Below are positions 1 through 9,696 of a stretch of 64,000 bases of DNA, one piece after another (the stretch's first letter is position 1; each line of letters opens with the position of its first letter). This DNA comes from an uncultured Pelagibacteraceae bacterium. Lineage in GTDB: Bacteria; Pseudomonadota; Alphaproteobacteria; Pelagibacterales; Pelagibacteraceae. The notes under the pieces were generated by a model. The model worked only from the letters and a program-made list of their open reading frames with translations, had not been told where the DNA came from and ran no database searches. Location: positions 85,483 to 149,482 of the forward strand of contig CACGDW010000001.1 of assembly GCA_902571925.1 (NCBI GenBank). The letters run 5' to 3'. The translations under genes and the position numbers were made by a program.

Positions 1-671
1 AATAAGGCATTTGAATCAAAATTAACTTTTGCATCTAAACAAATAATTCTTTCTTCTTTAGTTAATATTAAAGGATTAACTTCAACCATGTTTGCATCAG
101 TGTTAATAAACATTTTATAAATTGATTTTATTAAAGATATCGCTTGTTTTTTGGCATTATCATTTAAATCAAAAATTTTAATTATTTCATCACAATCTTT
201 GTCTGAAATTTCATTCTCCATTTCAACTTTTGTTGTTACAATTTTTTCTGGAGAACTAATTGCTACCTCTTCAATATCCATTCCACCTTGATCGCTAGAT
301 ATAAATGCAATTTTTGAGCTAGCCCTATCTACTAAACAAGATAAATAAAACTCTTTATCTATGTTTGAAGACTCTTCCACGTACAATCTTTTAACTTCTC
401 TTCCTTCTGGACCTGTTTGATGTGTTATTAGAGTTTTGCCTAACAATTCTTTTGCGGCTGTTGCTAATTCCTCAATAGTATCTAAAATTTTAACTCCCCC
501 TGCTTTACCTCTGCCTCCAGCATGAATTTGTGCTTTTAAGACATATTTTTTCGTTTTTAATAATCTTGCTTTTTCCAGCAACTCATCAACCGTTAAAGCA
601 AAAACTCCCTCAGGAACAACTGCCCCATATTTTTTAAGTATTTGCTTGGCTTGATGCTCGTGAATATTCAT
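1..671 (-). CDS. sucC: Succinyl-CoA synthetase beta subunit (5' part; runs off window start)
   Basis: Not in ORF track; translated by hand from ATG at 671: MNIHEHQAKQILKKYGAVVPEG...KAQIHAGGRGKAGGVK; directly downstream of mdh. Confidence 0.96.
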   Translation of the reverse strand, partial: MNIHEHQAKQILKKYGAVVPEGVFALTVDELLEKARLLKTKKYVLKAQIHAGGRGKAGGVKILDTIEELATAAKELLGKTLITHQTGPEGREVKRLYVEESSNIDKEFYLSCLVDRASSKIAFISSDQGGMDIEEVAISSPEKIVTTKVEMENEISDKDCDEIIKIFDLNDNAKKQAISLIKSIYKMFINTDANMVEVNPLILTKEERIICLDAKVNFDSNAL

Positions 672-673
672 TA

Positions 674-1639
674 TTATTTTGAGAGATCAGGATCTATTTT
701 AGATGCCGCTTCCCAAAGAGCTTTTACAGCATCTATAGAGTGCATAAATTCTTTTTTTTCTTCCTCATCTAGATCAATTTGTTCTATTTTTTCAACACCG
801 TCTTTACCAATAATCACTGGTACTCCTGCATAAACATTATTTACACCATATTCACCATTTAATTGAACGGCACATGGTAGTAATTTTTTTTCATTATTTA
901 AATACGCTTCTGCCATTTGAACACCTGAAGCTGCTGGCGCATAAAATGCTGAACCTTTTTCTAAGTACTTAACAATTTCTGCACCACCGTCTCTTGTCCT
1001 TTGATTTATTTCTTCTAATTTTTCTTTTGTAATTTTTCCTTCTTTAACTAAATCTTCCAAAGGTTTTCCTGAAACTTTTGTAAATCTTGGCATTGGGACC
1101 ATAGTATCTCCATGTCCACCCATTACCATCGCATCTATTTCTTTTACAGGGACATTTAATTCTAATGATAAAAATAGTTTAAAACGTGAACTATCCAAAA
1201 TTCCTGCCATACCAACAATTTTTTTAGCAGAAAGACCAGAAAATTTTTGAAGAGCCATGACCATGACATCTAATGGATTAGTAATACAAATAATAAATGC
1301 ATTTGGAGCATTTTTTTTTATTCCATCGGCTACTTCTTTAATAATTTTTAGATTTATACCAAGTAGATCGTCTCTACTCATGCCTGGTTTTCGTGGTACT
1401 CCAGCTGTAATAATAATTACATCTGAGTCTTTTATGTCTTTATAGTCGTCGGTTCCAGAAAACTTAACATTAAAACCGTCAACTGATGAAGATTGTGCTA
1501 TATCTAAAGCTTTTCCTTTTGCTAATCCACTAGCTACATCAAATAAAACTACTTCATCAACTAATTCTTTTGTTCCAATTAAATGTGCGAGAGTTCCACC
1601 TATTTGTCCTGCTCCAATTAAAGAAATTTTTTTTTTCAT
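674..1639 (-). CDS. mdh: Malate dehydrogenase (LDH-like)
   Basis: IGAGQIG Rossmann motif, [29 protein letters not shown]. Confidence 0.97.
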   Translation of the reverse strand: MKKKISLIGAGQIGGTLAHLIGTKELVDEVVLFDVASGLAKGKALDIAQSSSVDGFNVKFSGTDDYKDIKDSDVIIITAGVPRKPGMSRDDLLGINLKIIKEVADGIKKNAPNAFIICITNPLDVMVMALQKFSGLSAKKIVGMAGILDSSRFKLFLSLELNVPVKEIDAMVMGGHGDTMVPMPRFTKVSGKPLEDLVKEGKITKEKLEEINQRTRDGGAEIVKYLEKGSAFYAPAASGVQMAEAYLNNEKKLLPCAVQLNGEYGVNNVYAGVPVIIGKDGVEKIEQIDLDEEEKKEFMHSIDAVKALWEAASKIDPDLSK

Positions 1640-1699
1640 GAATGAACTTATCTTTTATTGATAACTAATAATTATTCAATAAAAATTTGTGATTTAATT

Positions 1700-2143
1700 T
1701 TAATTATCTTCTGTAAGCTTAGAACATATCGCCATATCTTCAGCTATATAGGACCCTTTAAAGTGAGATTTGTTTTTATCCCAATTTTTTTTACCATCTG
1801 CTATATAATTACCAAATAATTCTTTTCTATTTTTTTCAGCTTCTTCTTGAGCCTCTTCAAGCTTTTTCTCTTCCTCAATGACCTTTAATTCAACAGCTTT
1901 AAATAATAAATTATTTGAAATTTCTATAAAATTTTTTGACGAAACTGCGTCTAATTTAAGAACTATACCTGATGCATATGCGTAAACTGCACTACACCTT
2001 TTTAATAAGTATATTTGGGTTAAACCCTTATCTAAATCATTTTCATCCAAATATTTTGTCAATGAAATATTCAAGTCAGCTTTTGCAAAACTTGTCAAAG
2101 ATAATATACATGTGATTATTAATATTATTTTTTTTACACTCAT
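1700..2143 (-). CDS. Hypothetical exported protein
   Basis: 147-aa ORF, signal-peptide-like N-terminus (…SFAKA), two Cys in mature part. Confidence 0.7.
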   Translation of the reverse strand: MSVKKIILIITCILSLTSFAKADLNISLTKYLDENDLDKGLTQIYLLKRCSAVYAYASGIVLKLDAVSSKNFIEISNNLLFKAVELKVIEEEKKLEEAQEEAEKNRKELFGNYIADGKKNWDKNKSHFKGSYIAEDMAICSKLTEDN

Positions 2144-2162
2144 TTTGATAAATATATAAATT

Positions 2163-3527
2163 TTATGGGCCGTAAGCCACTTTAGGTAACCAAGTAACTA
2201 TTTCAGGAAAATTAAATACTATTGCAACTGCAATTACTTGAAGAATTACAAATGGAATTATGCCTTTATAGATATTTGTAATTGTAATACCTTGAGGAGC
2301 AACACCTTTCATGTAAAATAAAGCAAAACCAACAGGTGGTGTTATAAATGATGTCTGCAAAACAACTGCAAACATAACAATAAACCAAACCATATCTACT
2401 CCTAGATCCATCATTACAGGTGCTAAAAAAGGTAAAATTATTAATGTGATTTCAATCCAATCTAAAAAGAAACCTAACAAAAACGCAACAAATAAAACAA
2501 CTATTACAACTCCACTTGTTCCAAAAGGTAGCGCCTTTAGAGCTCCTTCTATTAATTCGTCACCACCTAAACCTCTTAAGATTAACGCAAACATTGTTGC
2601 TCCAACAAAAAGTGCAAAAATATAAGCTGTTGTATGGGTTGTTTTTCTGATCACAATTTTTAAATCTGAGAATGATAATCGTCCTCTAAGTATTGCTAGT
2701 AAAGATGCACCCAAAGCCCCAACTCCTGATGCTTCTGTTGGAGTAGCAATACCCATGAATATACTTCCTAAAACAGCAAAGATTAATAAAGCAGGGGGTA
2801 TAATAGATTTTAAAACTCTTAAAACTATTTTTAAGTCTACTGGTTCAGCATCTCTCGGCAATGGTGCAGCTTTCGGGTTCATGTACGCATAAACAACAAT
2901 AAAAATTGTGTATAATAAACCAAGTAAGAGCCCAGGAAATACAGCACCCATAAATAAATCACCAACTGATATTCTCACTTGGTCCCCCATAATAACTAGC
3001 ATAATGCTTGGAGGTATTAAAATTCCTAAGGTCCCAGTTGCACAAACAACTCCACAAGCTAAGTTTGGATTATAATTATTTTTTAACATTAAAGGCACTC
3101 CAAGGATTGTTAGTAATACTACAGCTGCACCAATGATTCCTGTAGAAGCAGCAAGTAAAACTCCTATAAATACAATTGAGATTGCAAGTCCACCCCTTGT
3201 TTTACCAAACAACTTTGACAGATCAGTCATTAGATCTTCTGCAATACCAGATTTATCCATCATTATTCCCATAAAAATAAACATTGGTAGTGCAACCAAA
3301 ACCCAGTTTGCCATAACACCATAAAGTCTATAAACGACCATGGATGCAAATCCAAAATCTACACCATAAAAAGTGTCAAATAAGTTGTCAGAAAGCATTG
3401 AAATAAATATAAATAGGACTCCTAAACCACCCATGGTCCATGCTACTGGAAATCCATAAAAAATTAGCGTTATAAAACTAAAAAATAATGCAATTGCTAA
3501 AAAATATTCTGTAAGTAATGAAATCAT
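2163..3527 (-). CDS. TRAP transporter large permease (DctM)
   Basis: Multi-TM; GTLGILIPPSI, TPTEA, SFITPPVG motifs. Confidence 0.93.
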   Translation of the reverse strand: MISLLTEYFLAIALFFSFITLIFYGFPVAWTMGGLGVLFIFISMLSDNLFDTFYGVDFGFASMVVYRLYGVMANWVLVALPMFIFMGIMMDKSGIAEDLMTDLSKLFGKTRGGLAISIVFIGVLLAASTGIIGAAVVLLTILGVPLMLKNNYNPNLACGVVCATGTLGILIPPSIMLVIMGDQVRISVGDLFMGAVFPGLLLGLLYTIFIVVYAYMNPKAAPLPRDAEPVDLKIVLRVLKSIIPPALLIFAVLGSIFMGIATPTEASGVGALGASLLAILRGRLSFSDLKIVIRKTTHTTAYIFALFVGATMFALILRGLGGDELIEGALKALPFGTSGVVIVVLFVAFLLGFFLDWIEITLIILPFLAPVMMDLGVDMVWFIVMFAVVLQTSFITPPVGFALFYMKGVAPQGITITNIYKGIIPFVILQVIAVAIVFNFPEIVTWLPKVAYGP

Positions 3528-4093
3528 TTTTTATCCTCTAGTCCAAATCTAAGTGTTTCTACTATTCTTGTTATTCTGGAGTAACCAGAAATTAATAGTA
3601 GAAAAAAACTAATTACTAAAAAGCCTTTAACAAACCATCTTGCTGGTAAACCATTTGCAGATGTTGATCTTTCACTTGAAGTCCATGATAATTCAAAAAA
3701 AGGAACAGCATAGTAAAGAACCAAGATTATGAATGGTAAAAACAAAATCAAAATACCAAACAATTCAAACCATAATTTTTTTCTATAACTTAATCTCTCA
3801 CTTAAAACATCAACTCTCACATGAGAGTCAACAATATATGTTGAGGATAACCCTATTAACCAACCAATACAATAAAGATGCCATTGTAATTCCTCTAATT
3901 CAATCATCCCATTTTTAAAAACATATCTTAAGACTACATTCAAAATAATGACTGCAATTAATATTACCCATAACCAATTAAAAATTTCTCCTATTTGTAA
4001 AACGAAATTGTCAATTTTTTTTGTGATAGGTGTATGCCTAAGCTGTAGCTTTTTATCAAGAGAACTTTCAGTAGATATAAAATCTTTAGACAT
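3524..4093 (-). CDS. TRAP transporter small permease (DctQ)
   Basis: 4 TM, ELQWHLY, HVRVD motif; start taken at ATG 4093 (MSKDF), downstream of the hairpin, rather than 4114. Confidence 0.9.
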   Translation of the reverse strand: MSKDFISTESSLDKKLQLRHTPITKKIDNFVLQIGEIFNWLWVILIAVIILNVVLRYVFKNGMIELEELQWHLYCIGWLIGLSSTYIVDSHVRVDVLSERLSYRKKLWFELFGILILFLPFIILVLYYAVPFFELSWTSSERSTSANGLPARWFVKGFLVISFFLLLISGYSRITRIVETLRFGLEDKK

Positions 4094-4112
4094 AAATTCT
4101 TTCTTTAAAAAC

Positions 4113-4141
4113 AAAAGCAGCCGGTAAAACCGGCCGCTTTT
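4113..4141 (-). terminator. Intrinsic terminator / mRNA-stabilising hairpin between dctP and dctQ
   Basis: AAAAGCAGCCGG-TAAAA-CCGGCCGCTTTT inverted repeat; the single mismatch is a G-U pair on the minus strand, followed by a T-rich run. Confidence 0.75.
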
Positions 4142-4173
4142 ATTATTATAATCAACTTTTTTAGTATTAAATA

Positions 4174-5238
4174 CTAAAAGTTTCTAGGTAAATATCCCCA
4201 TTTTTGCCAAACATCATACTCTTTCATGAATGCTTGTTGAGAATTCCAAACTTTTTTGAAGTCAGCATCTTTAGCAGATTGTTCATCCATTACCCTTGCG
4301 CTAACCTTTTGAAGTTCTCTCAATACACTATCAGGCAATCTAGCGGCTGTTACACCTTTAGAAGGGAAACTTGCAATTTGTTTTCCTTGTAAAAATTCAC
4401 CAGTTGTAATTGCTCTCATAGCTGCTGCTGTACAAGCCATCTCGAATAAAGCTTGGTCAGCTTTACCCATTTTTTTCCATAAATCTAAATTGATCATGAA
4501 ATGAGTTGACGTTGATACTTGGTGCCAACCTGGAAATAGGTTGAACTTAGTGATTTTATGAAAACCTAAAACTTCATCAATAGCAGGCATAGAGTATTCA
4601 GTTGCATCTAGAGTTCCTTTTTCTAGTGCTGCAAAAATTTCTCCACCAGCCATCAAAGTAGCAGATGCTCCTATTTCATTTAAAACCATTCCTCCTAGAC
4701 CTGAGAAACGAATTTTTAAACCTTTAAGATCAGCTAGACTTGTTATAGGGTTTCTGTACCAACCAGCTGTTTCTGGTCCAATAGTGCTACATAACAAAAC
4801 TTGAATATTTTGTTTGTTATATATTTCATTAGCTAATTTAGCACCTTCACCTTCAAACCACCAAGCTGCATATTCCCATGGTTCCATTCCAAATGGAACA
4901 GCTGCAAATAAAACTGCTGCTGGAATTCTTCCTTGGTCATATGCCATGTAGTTATAAGCCGCAGGCAAGTCACCTTTACTTATTGAAGGTGAGATTTCTA
5001 ATGGTGGAAGTATTTTTCCAGGTTCGTATACCTTTAATTTAATTCTACCATCAGTCGCTCTATCTAATGTATCTGATAAACGTGCAACAGGATCTCCTAA
5101 TGCAGGCCAACCAGTGTTAAATGTAGATTGTACTTTCCATCTTATTTTTTCAGCTGCATTAACTTGCTGTAGTGAAAAAGTTATCACTAATGCAAAAACA
5201 GCAAAAAAGCTTAAAGATGTTTTAAGTATTTTTTTCAT
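4174..5238 (-). CDS. TRAP solute-binding protein (DctP, TakP/FcbT1-like)
   Basis: Sec signal peptide, WKVQS, AVPFG, GLKIRFSGLGG, ALEKGTLDATEY, PGWHQ. Confidence 0.92.
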   Translation of the reverse strand: MKKILKTSLSFFAVFALVITFSLQQVNAAEKIRWKVQSTFNTGWPALGDPVARLSDTLDRATDGRIKLKVYEPGKILPPLEISPSISKGDLPAAYNYMAYDQGRIPAAVLFAAVPFGMEPWEYAAWWFEGEGAKLANEIYNKQNIQVLLCSTIGPETAGWYRNPITSLADLKGLKIRFSGLGGMVLNEIGASATLMAGGEIFAALEKGTLDATEYSMPAIDEVLGFHKITKFNLFPGWHQVSTSTHFMINLDLWKKMGKADQALFEMACTAAAMRAITTGEFLQGKQIASFPSKGVTAARLPDSVLRELQKVSARVMDEQSAKDADFKKVWNSQQAFMKEYDVWQKWGYLPRNF

Positions 5239-5300
5239 TTTTCCCCTCTCTGTTTTTTGAGTTGTTTATTTTGATTAACTGAGAGCATTTCCAACTCATA

Positions 5301-6482
5301 TTAAAATGCTCTCCATGCTTGTCCATAAAGATCTATCATTTCCTTTACAGAAGGCACTCTTGGATTGAGGTTAGGCGCTCCAGATACTTCTGCATCAGTA
5401 GCCATGTTTTTAAGTTTCTCCTCAAAATTTTTTTCATCAATCCCAAATTTTTTCATAGATGGGACATCAAAATCTTTATTCATTTTATAAAGACCTTTAA
5501 CTAATTTTTCACAAGCAATATCATCATCATCATTTGGTGAAGAAAAGTTTCCAGCTCTACTACAATCAGCATATCTACTTTTAGCATGATCGATTGAAAA
5601 TTCAGTTATTGTAGGTAACAACATTGCATTACTTAATCCATGAGGTACCTTAAAGTTACTCCCTAAGGGTCTACTCATCCCATGAACTAAACATATTGAT
5701 GCATTTGAAAATGCCAAACCTCCTAAAGTTGCAGCAAGCATTAGTCCTTCTCTTGCTTTCAGGTCTTTTGGATCTTTATCAACCGCATAGATATTTTGTG
5801 TTACAAGCCTTATAGTATCTAAAGCCATTCTGTCTGAAAATAATGTAGCTTTCTTACTGATATATGCTTCTATTCCATGAGTTAAAGTATCAATAGCACT
5901 ATCAATAGTTAATCTTCTTGGTTTTGATAAAGTTAAATCATAATCAACTATTGCACATGTTGGAACAAATCCTTCTCCTCGACATGAGATTTTTTCATTA
6001 TTTTTTGAATCTATAATTACAGAATGATGAGTCACCTCTGAACCTGTACCAGCTGTTGTGGGTATAGCTATAATCGGTAGAGCTTGTTTATCAAAGGTTG
6101 AGGGTGGTTTATAATCTTGAATATTCTTACTATGTTTTGCCATAGCTGCAATGGCTTTAGCTGTATCTATTGGACTTCCACCTCCAAAACCTATCACAGC
6201 TTCATTTTTAAATTTCTCTAAAAAGTTAATTCCATTTAAAACTACAGTATCTGTAGGGTCAGGAACAGTGTCATCAAAAATATTAGATTTTAAACCTGCT
6301 TTACTTAAAATATCTTGAAGTTTTTTTACATAACCAAACTCAACCATTTGTTTATCAGTAACAATTAAAAAAGATTTTATCGGCTCTAAAATTTTTATGA
6401 TCTCTGGAAGTTGGTTTAAGCTACCCTTGCCAATTTGCATATATCTTGGCACACATACTCGGACATTGTCTCTTTTTATCAA
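5301..6482 (-). CDS. Iron-containing alcohol dehydrogenase (DddB-like)
   Basis: GGGSPIDTAK, PTTAGTGSEVT, DTLTHGIEAY, LVHGMSRPLG..PHGLSNA; TTG start with AAAGGGGAAGG RBS. Confidence 0.92.
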   Translation of the reverse strand: MIKRDNVRVCVPRYMQIGKGSLNQLPEIIKILEPIKSFLIVTDKQMVEFGYVKKLQDILSKAGLKSNIFDDTVPDPTDTVVLNGINFLEKFKNEAVIGFGGGSPIDTAKAIAAMAKHSKNIQDYKPPSTFDKQALPIIAIPTTAGTGSEVTHHSVIIDSKNNEKISCRGEGFVPTCAIVDYDLTLSKPRRLTIDSAIDTLTHGIEAYISKKATLFSDRMALDTIRLVTQNIYAVDKDPKDLKAREGLMLAATLGGLAFSNASICLVHGMSRPLGSNFKVPHGLSNAMLLPTITEFSIDHAKSRYADCSRAGNFSSPNDDDDIACEKLVKGLYKMNKDFDVPSMKKFGIDEKNFEEKLKNMATDAEVSGAPNLNPRVPSVKEMIDLYGQAWRAF

Positions 6483-6509
6483 GCTACCTTCCCCTTTAAT
6501 TATGAGACT

Positions 6510-6539
6510 AATCTAAGCTTATGTAATTTTAGGAGTCAA
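6510..6539 (-). promoter_or_regulatory. Putative sigma70 promoter of the Fe-ADH/TRAP operon
   Basis: Minus strand TTGACT-N18-TAGATT upstream of the RBS. Confidence 0.45.
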
Positions 6540-6561
6540 CAGTTGAAAACCTTTAATTGAT

Positions 6562-6592
6562 AATATTTTTCTCATTTAAGGAATAAAATATT
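6562..6592. promoter_or_regulatory. Putative operator (inverted repeat) in the divergent Fe-ADH/mmsA spacer
   Basis: AATATTTT-N15-AAAATATT with imperfect inner symmetry; IclR regulator in the same module. AT-rich, so it could be chance. Confidence 0.35.
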
Positions 6593-6644
6593 GCATTGAA
6601 AAAAAAGCTAGTATAACTTTTAACTAAATATAAAAAGGAGCAAC

Positions 6645-8138
6645 ATGAAAAAAGTTAGTCATTTTATAGATGGAAAAACTTATACAGATAATAAATCTCG
6701 AAAAGGTCCTATCTTTAATCCAGCAATTGGCGAACAGATAGCAGAGGTTGAGTTAGCAAGTAAAACAACCGTTGAAATGGCTATAGAGAGTTCTAAGAAA
6801 GCCTTTTTAAAATGGTCTAAAACTACTCCAATAAATAGAGCAAGAATTTTAGCAAAGTATAAAGATTTGTTAGTAAAAAATATGGAAGATTTAGCGGTAA
6901 TGGTTTCTGAACAACATGGAAAAACTATTCCTGATGCAAAGGGTTCCGTTCAAAGAGGGATTGAAGTTGTTGAGTATGCTACAGGTATAACTGACTCACT
7001 AAAGGGAGATCACTCTACAAGTGTAGGAACTAATGTTGATTCTTACTCTATGAGGCAACCACTGGGAGTTTGCGCTGGTATTACTCCATTTAATTTTCCT
7101 GCGATGGTACCAATGTGGATGTATCCAGTAGCTATTGCATGTGGGAATACATTTGTTTTAAAACCATCAGAGAAAGATCCTAGCTGTCCAATTAAACTTG
7201 GAGAATTGGCTATTGAGGCAGGTATGCCGCCTGGAGTATTAAATGTTGTGAATGGAGATAAAGAAGCTGTTGATACTTTACTAGAGAGTAAAGATGTTCA
7301 GGCTATTAGCTTTGTTGGATCAACTCCTATAGCAGAATATGTTTACCATACCGGTACAAAAAATAACAAGAGAGTACAAGCACTAGGTGGAGCAAAAAAT
7401 CATATGGTTATTATGCCTGATGCTGACGTAAATAAAACTACAGATGCTATCATTGGTTCAGCTTTTGGATCAGCAGGGGAAAGATGTATGGCTATTTCTG
7501 TTGCTGTTTGTGTTGGAAAACAAACTAAAGAAAAAATAAAAAAAAAATTATTAGAAGAAACAGCTAAGCTAAATGTTGGGCCTTATACTGACGAAAAAAG
7601 TGATTTTGGTCCTTTAAATAACAAAGCACATTTTGAAAAAGTTTTAGGATACATAGATACAGGAGAAAAAGAAGGGGCAAAGCTATTGAGCGATGGAAGA
7701 AATTTCAAAAAACAAGGTTATGAAAATGGATATTTTGTTGGACCAACAATTTTTGATGACGTTAAGCCAGGGATGAAAATTTATAAAGAAGAAATCTTTG
7801 GTCCAGTATTAAGTATGATGACTACCGAAACTTATGAGGAGGCCCTAAATTTAGTTAATGATCATGAATTGGGAAATGGAGCAGCTGTTTTTACTAAAAG
7901 TGGAAATATTGCCAAACACTTTACCGAAAATGCTAAAATCGGAATGATAGGAGTTAATGTGCCTATTCCAGTGCCAGTTGCCTATCACAGTTTTGGTGGA
8001 TGGAAACGATCTTTATTTGGAGATCATTCTATGCATGGACCTGAAGGAGTGAGATTTTATACTAAACTCAAAACTGCAACTGTAACTTGGGTAGAAGATA
8101 ATGCAGGACCAGAATTTACAATTCCAGTTTTATCTTAA
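6645..8138 (+). CDS. mmsA: CoA-acylating (methyl)malonate-semialdehyde dehydrogenase
   Basis: ITPFNFPAMVPMW, KPSEKDP, FVGSTPIA, GGAKNH, AFGSAGERCMA; AAAAGGAG RBS. Confidence 0.95.
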   Translation: MKKVSHFIDGKTYTDNKSRKGPIFNPAIGEQIAEVELASKTTVEMAIESSKKAFLKWSKTTPINRARILAKYKDLLVKNMEDLAVMVSEQHGKTIPDAKGSVQRGIEVVEYATGITDSLKGDHSTSVGTNVDSYSMRQPLGVCAGITPFNFPAMVPMWMYPVAIACGNTFVLKPSEKDPSCPIKLGELAIEAGMPPGVLNVVNGDKEAVDTLLESKDVQAISFVGSTPIAEYVYHTGTKNNKRVQALGGAKNHMVIMPDADVNKTTDAIIGSAFGSAGERCMAISVAVCVGKQTKEKIKKKLLEETAKLNVGPYTDEKSDFGPLNNKAHFEKVLGYIDTGEKEGAKLLSDGRNFKKQGYENGYFVGPTIFDDVKPGMKIYKEEIFGPVLSMMTTETYEEALNLVNDHELGNGAAVFTKSGNIAKHFTENAKIGMIGVNVPIPVPVAYHSFGGWKRSLFGDHSMHGPEGVRFYTKLKTATVTWVEDNAGPEFTIPVLS

Positions 8139-8165
8139 ATTTTTTTATAAAAAATTTAACTTAAA

Positions 8166-8927
8166 ATGAAAGATAATAACAGTAGAACATCTCCTAGAAG
8201 AATATTAAATATACTTGAGGAAATTATAATTGATCCTGATAATTTTACTGCAAAAAAAATTGGCCATAAACTAAAGATACCATTGCCAACAATTTATCGA
8301 CATATTGAGACTTTATGTGAAGAAAAATATTTGGTAGCGAGTAATTCTAAAAAATATCTACCTGGACCAAAAATAAGAAATTTAATTCTCAAAAGTTTAC
8401 CCTATGAGCCAAATTTTACTCTAAGGAGATCATGCTTAAGAAAATTAACAAACGACATTGAAGAAACAGTTAGTTTATCAATACCTATTGGAACTAAACT
8501 TGTTTATTTTGACAGAATAGAATTTCATTGGCCAATGCAATTAAATTTAGAAGCAGGTGATCATCTTCCTTTGCATGCATCAGCTTCAGGAAAATTATAT
8601 CTATCATCAATAGAGGAAGAAAAAGTAATCCAAATATTTGAGAATATTAAGACACCTAAAACTGCAAAAAATACAATAACAGATATTCTGCAATTCAAAA
8701 AAGAATTAAAAAAAATTAAAAGCCAAGGTTATGCTTTTGATGATGAAGAATGGTTTGATGGGATGGTGGGAGTCTCTGTGCCAATATTCAATTCTAATAA
8801 AGAATTGTGTTTTTGTTTATCAACTCATACTGCAAAAAGTAGAAAAGATATTAATGATTTAAAAGAAATTTTGAAAATAATGCTTTCTTCTGCAAACAGT
8901 CTCAAAAAAGTATTATTTAAAGATTAG
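8166..8927 (+). CDS. IclR-family transcriptional regulator
   Basis: N-terminal HTH (LPTIYRH), [21 protein letters not shown] effector domain. Confidence 0.9.
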   Translation: MKDNNSRTSPRRILNILEEIIIDPDNFTAKKIGHKLKIPLPTIYRHIETLCEEKYLVASNSKKYLPGPKIRNLILKSLPYEPNFTLRRSCLRKLTNDIEETVSLSIPIGTKLVYFDRIEFHWPMQLNLEAGDHLPLHASASGKLYLSSIEEEKVIQIFENIKTPKTAKNTITDILQFKKELKKIKSQGYAFDDEEWFDGMVGVSVPIFNSNKELCFCLSTHTAKSRKDINDLKEILKIMLSSANSLKKVLFKD

Positions 8928-9696
8928 CAGTTGCTAGCATTTTTTTTATTTCTGCTATCGCTTTTGCAGGATTTAAACCTTTTGGGCATGCACTAGTGCA
9001 ATTTAAAATAGTATGACATCTGTATAGCTTTAGCTCATCTGCAACCTTTTTTAATCTAGCTTCTCTTTCATCATCCCTGCTATCTACAATCCATCTATAA
9101 GCTTGCAAAAGTACTGCTGGACCTAAGTATTTATCACCATTCCACCAATAACTAGGGCATGAAGTCGAGCAACATGCACACATGATACATTCATAAGCTC
9201 CATCTAATTTTTTTCTGTCTTCTTTTGATTGAATGATTTCGGTTGTATCAGATTTAGAATTTGATTTTAACCACGGTTCTATAGATTGGTATTGTCTATA
9301 TAATCCATCCAAATCTCCTATTAAATCTCTTTTTACTTTCAAATGAGGTAAAGGATAAATATCTATATCACCATCAATATCAGCATGAGGAGTAGTGCAA
9401 GCTAACCCATTTTTACCACCCATATTCATTGCACAAGAGCCACAAACACCATGAGCACAAGATCTTCTATAAGCTATTGTTGGATCTAGTTCATTTTTAA
9501 TCTTATTTAGTATATCTAGAACTTTTGAAGGACAATTATCCATATCAACTTCATAGGTATCAATTCTAGGATTTTCTCCTTTGGAAGGATCCCATCTATA
9601 TATGTTTACTTTTCTTAAATTTTTTGAACCAGTTTTATCTTTAAAATAATTACCTTTTTTTACTTTTGAGTTTTCAGGTAAATTTATTTGTACCAT
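8917..9696 (-). CDS. sdhB: Succinate dehydrogenase iron-sulfur subunit
   Basis: [38 protein letters not shown]. Confidence 0.98.
   Translation of the reverse strand: MVQINLPENSKVKKGNYFKDKTGSKNLRKVNIYRWDPSKGENPRIDTYEVDMDNCPSKVLDILNKIKNELDPTIAYRRSCAHGVCGSCAMNMGGKNGLACTTPHADIDGDIDIYPLPHLKVKRDLIGDLDGLYRQYQSIEPWLKSNSKSDTTEIIQSKEDRKKLDGAYECIMCACCSTSCPSYWWNGDKYLGPAVLLQAYRWIVDSRDDEREARLKKVADELKLYRCHTILNCTSACPKGLNPAKAIAEIKKMLATANL

Noticed and set aside
1640-8930. Mobile element signature around the TRAP/Fe-ADH/mmsA module
   Set aside because: No integrase, transposase, tRNA or flanking direct repeats seen; insertion is inferred from gene order only
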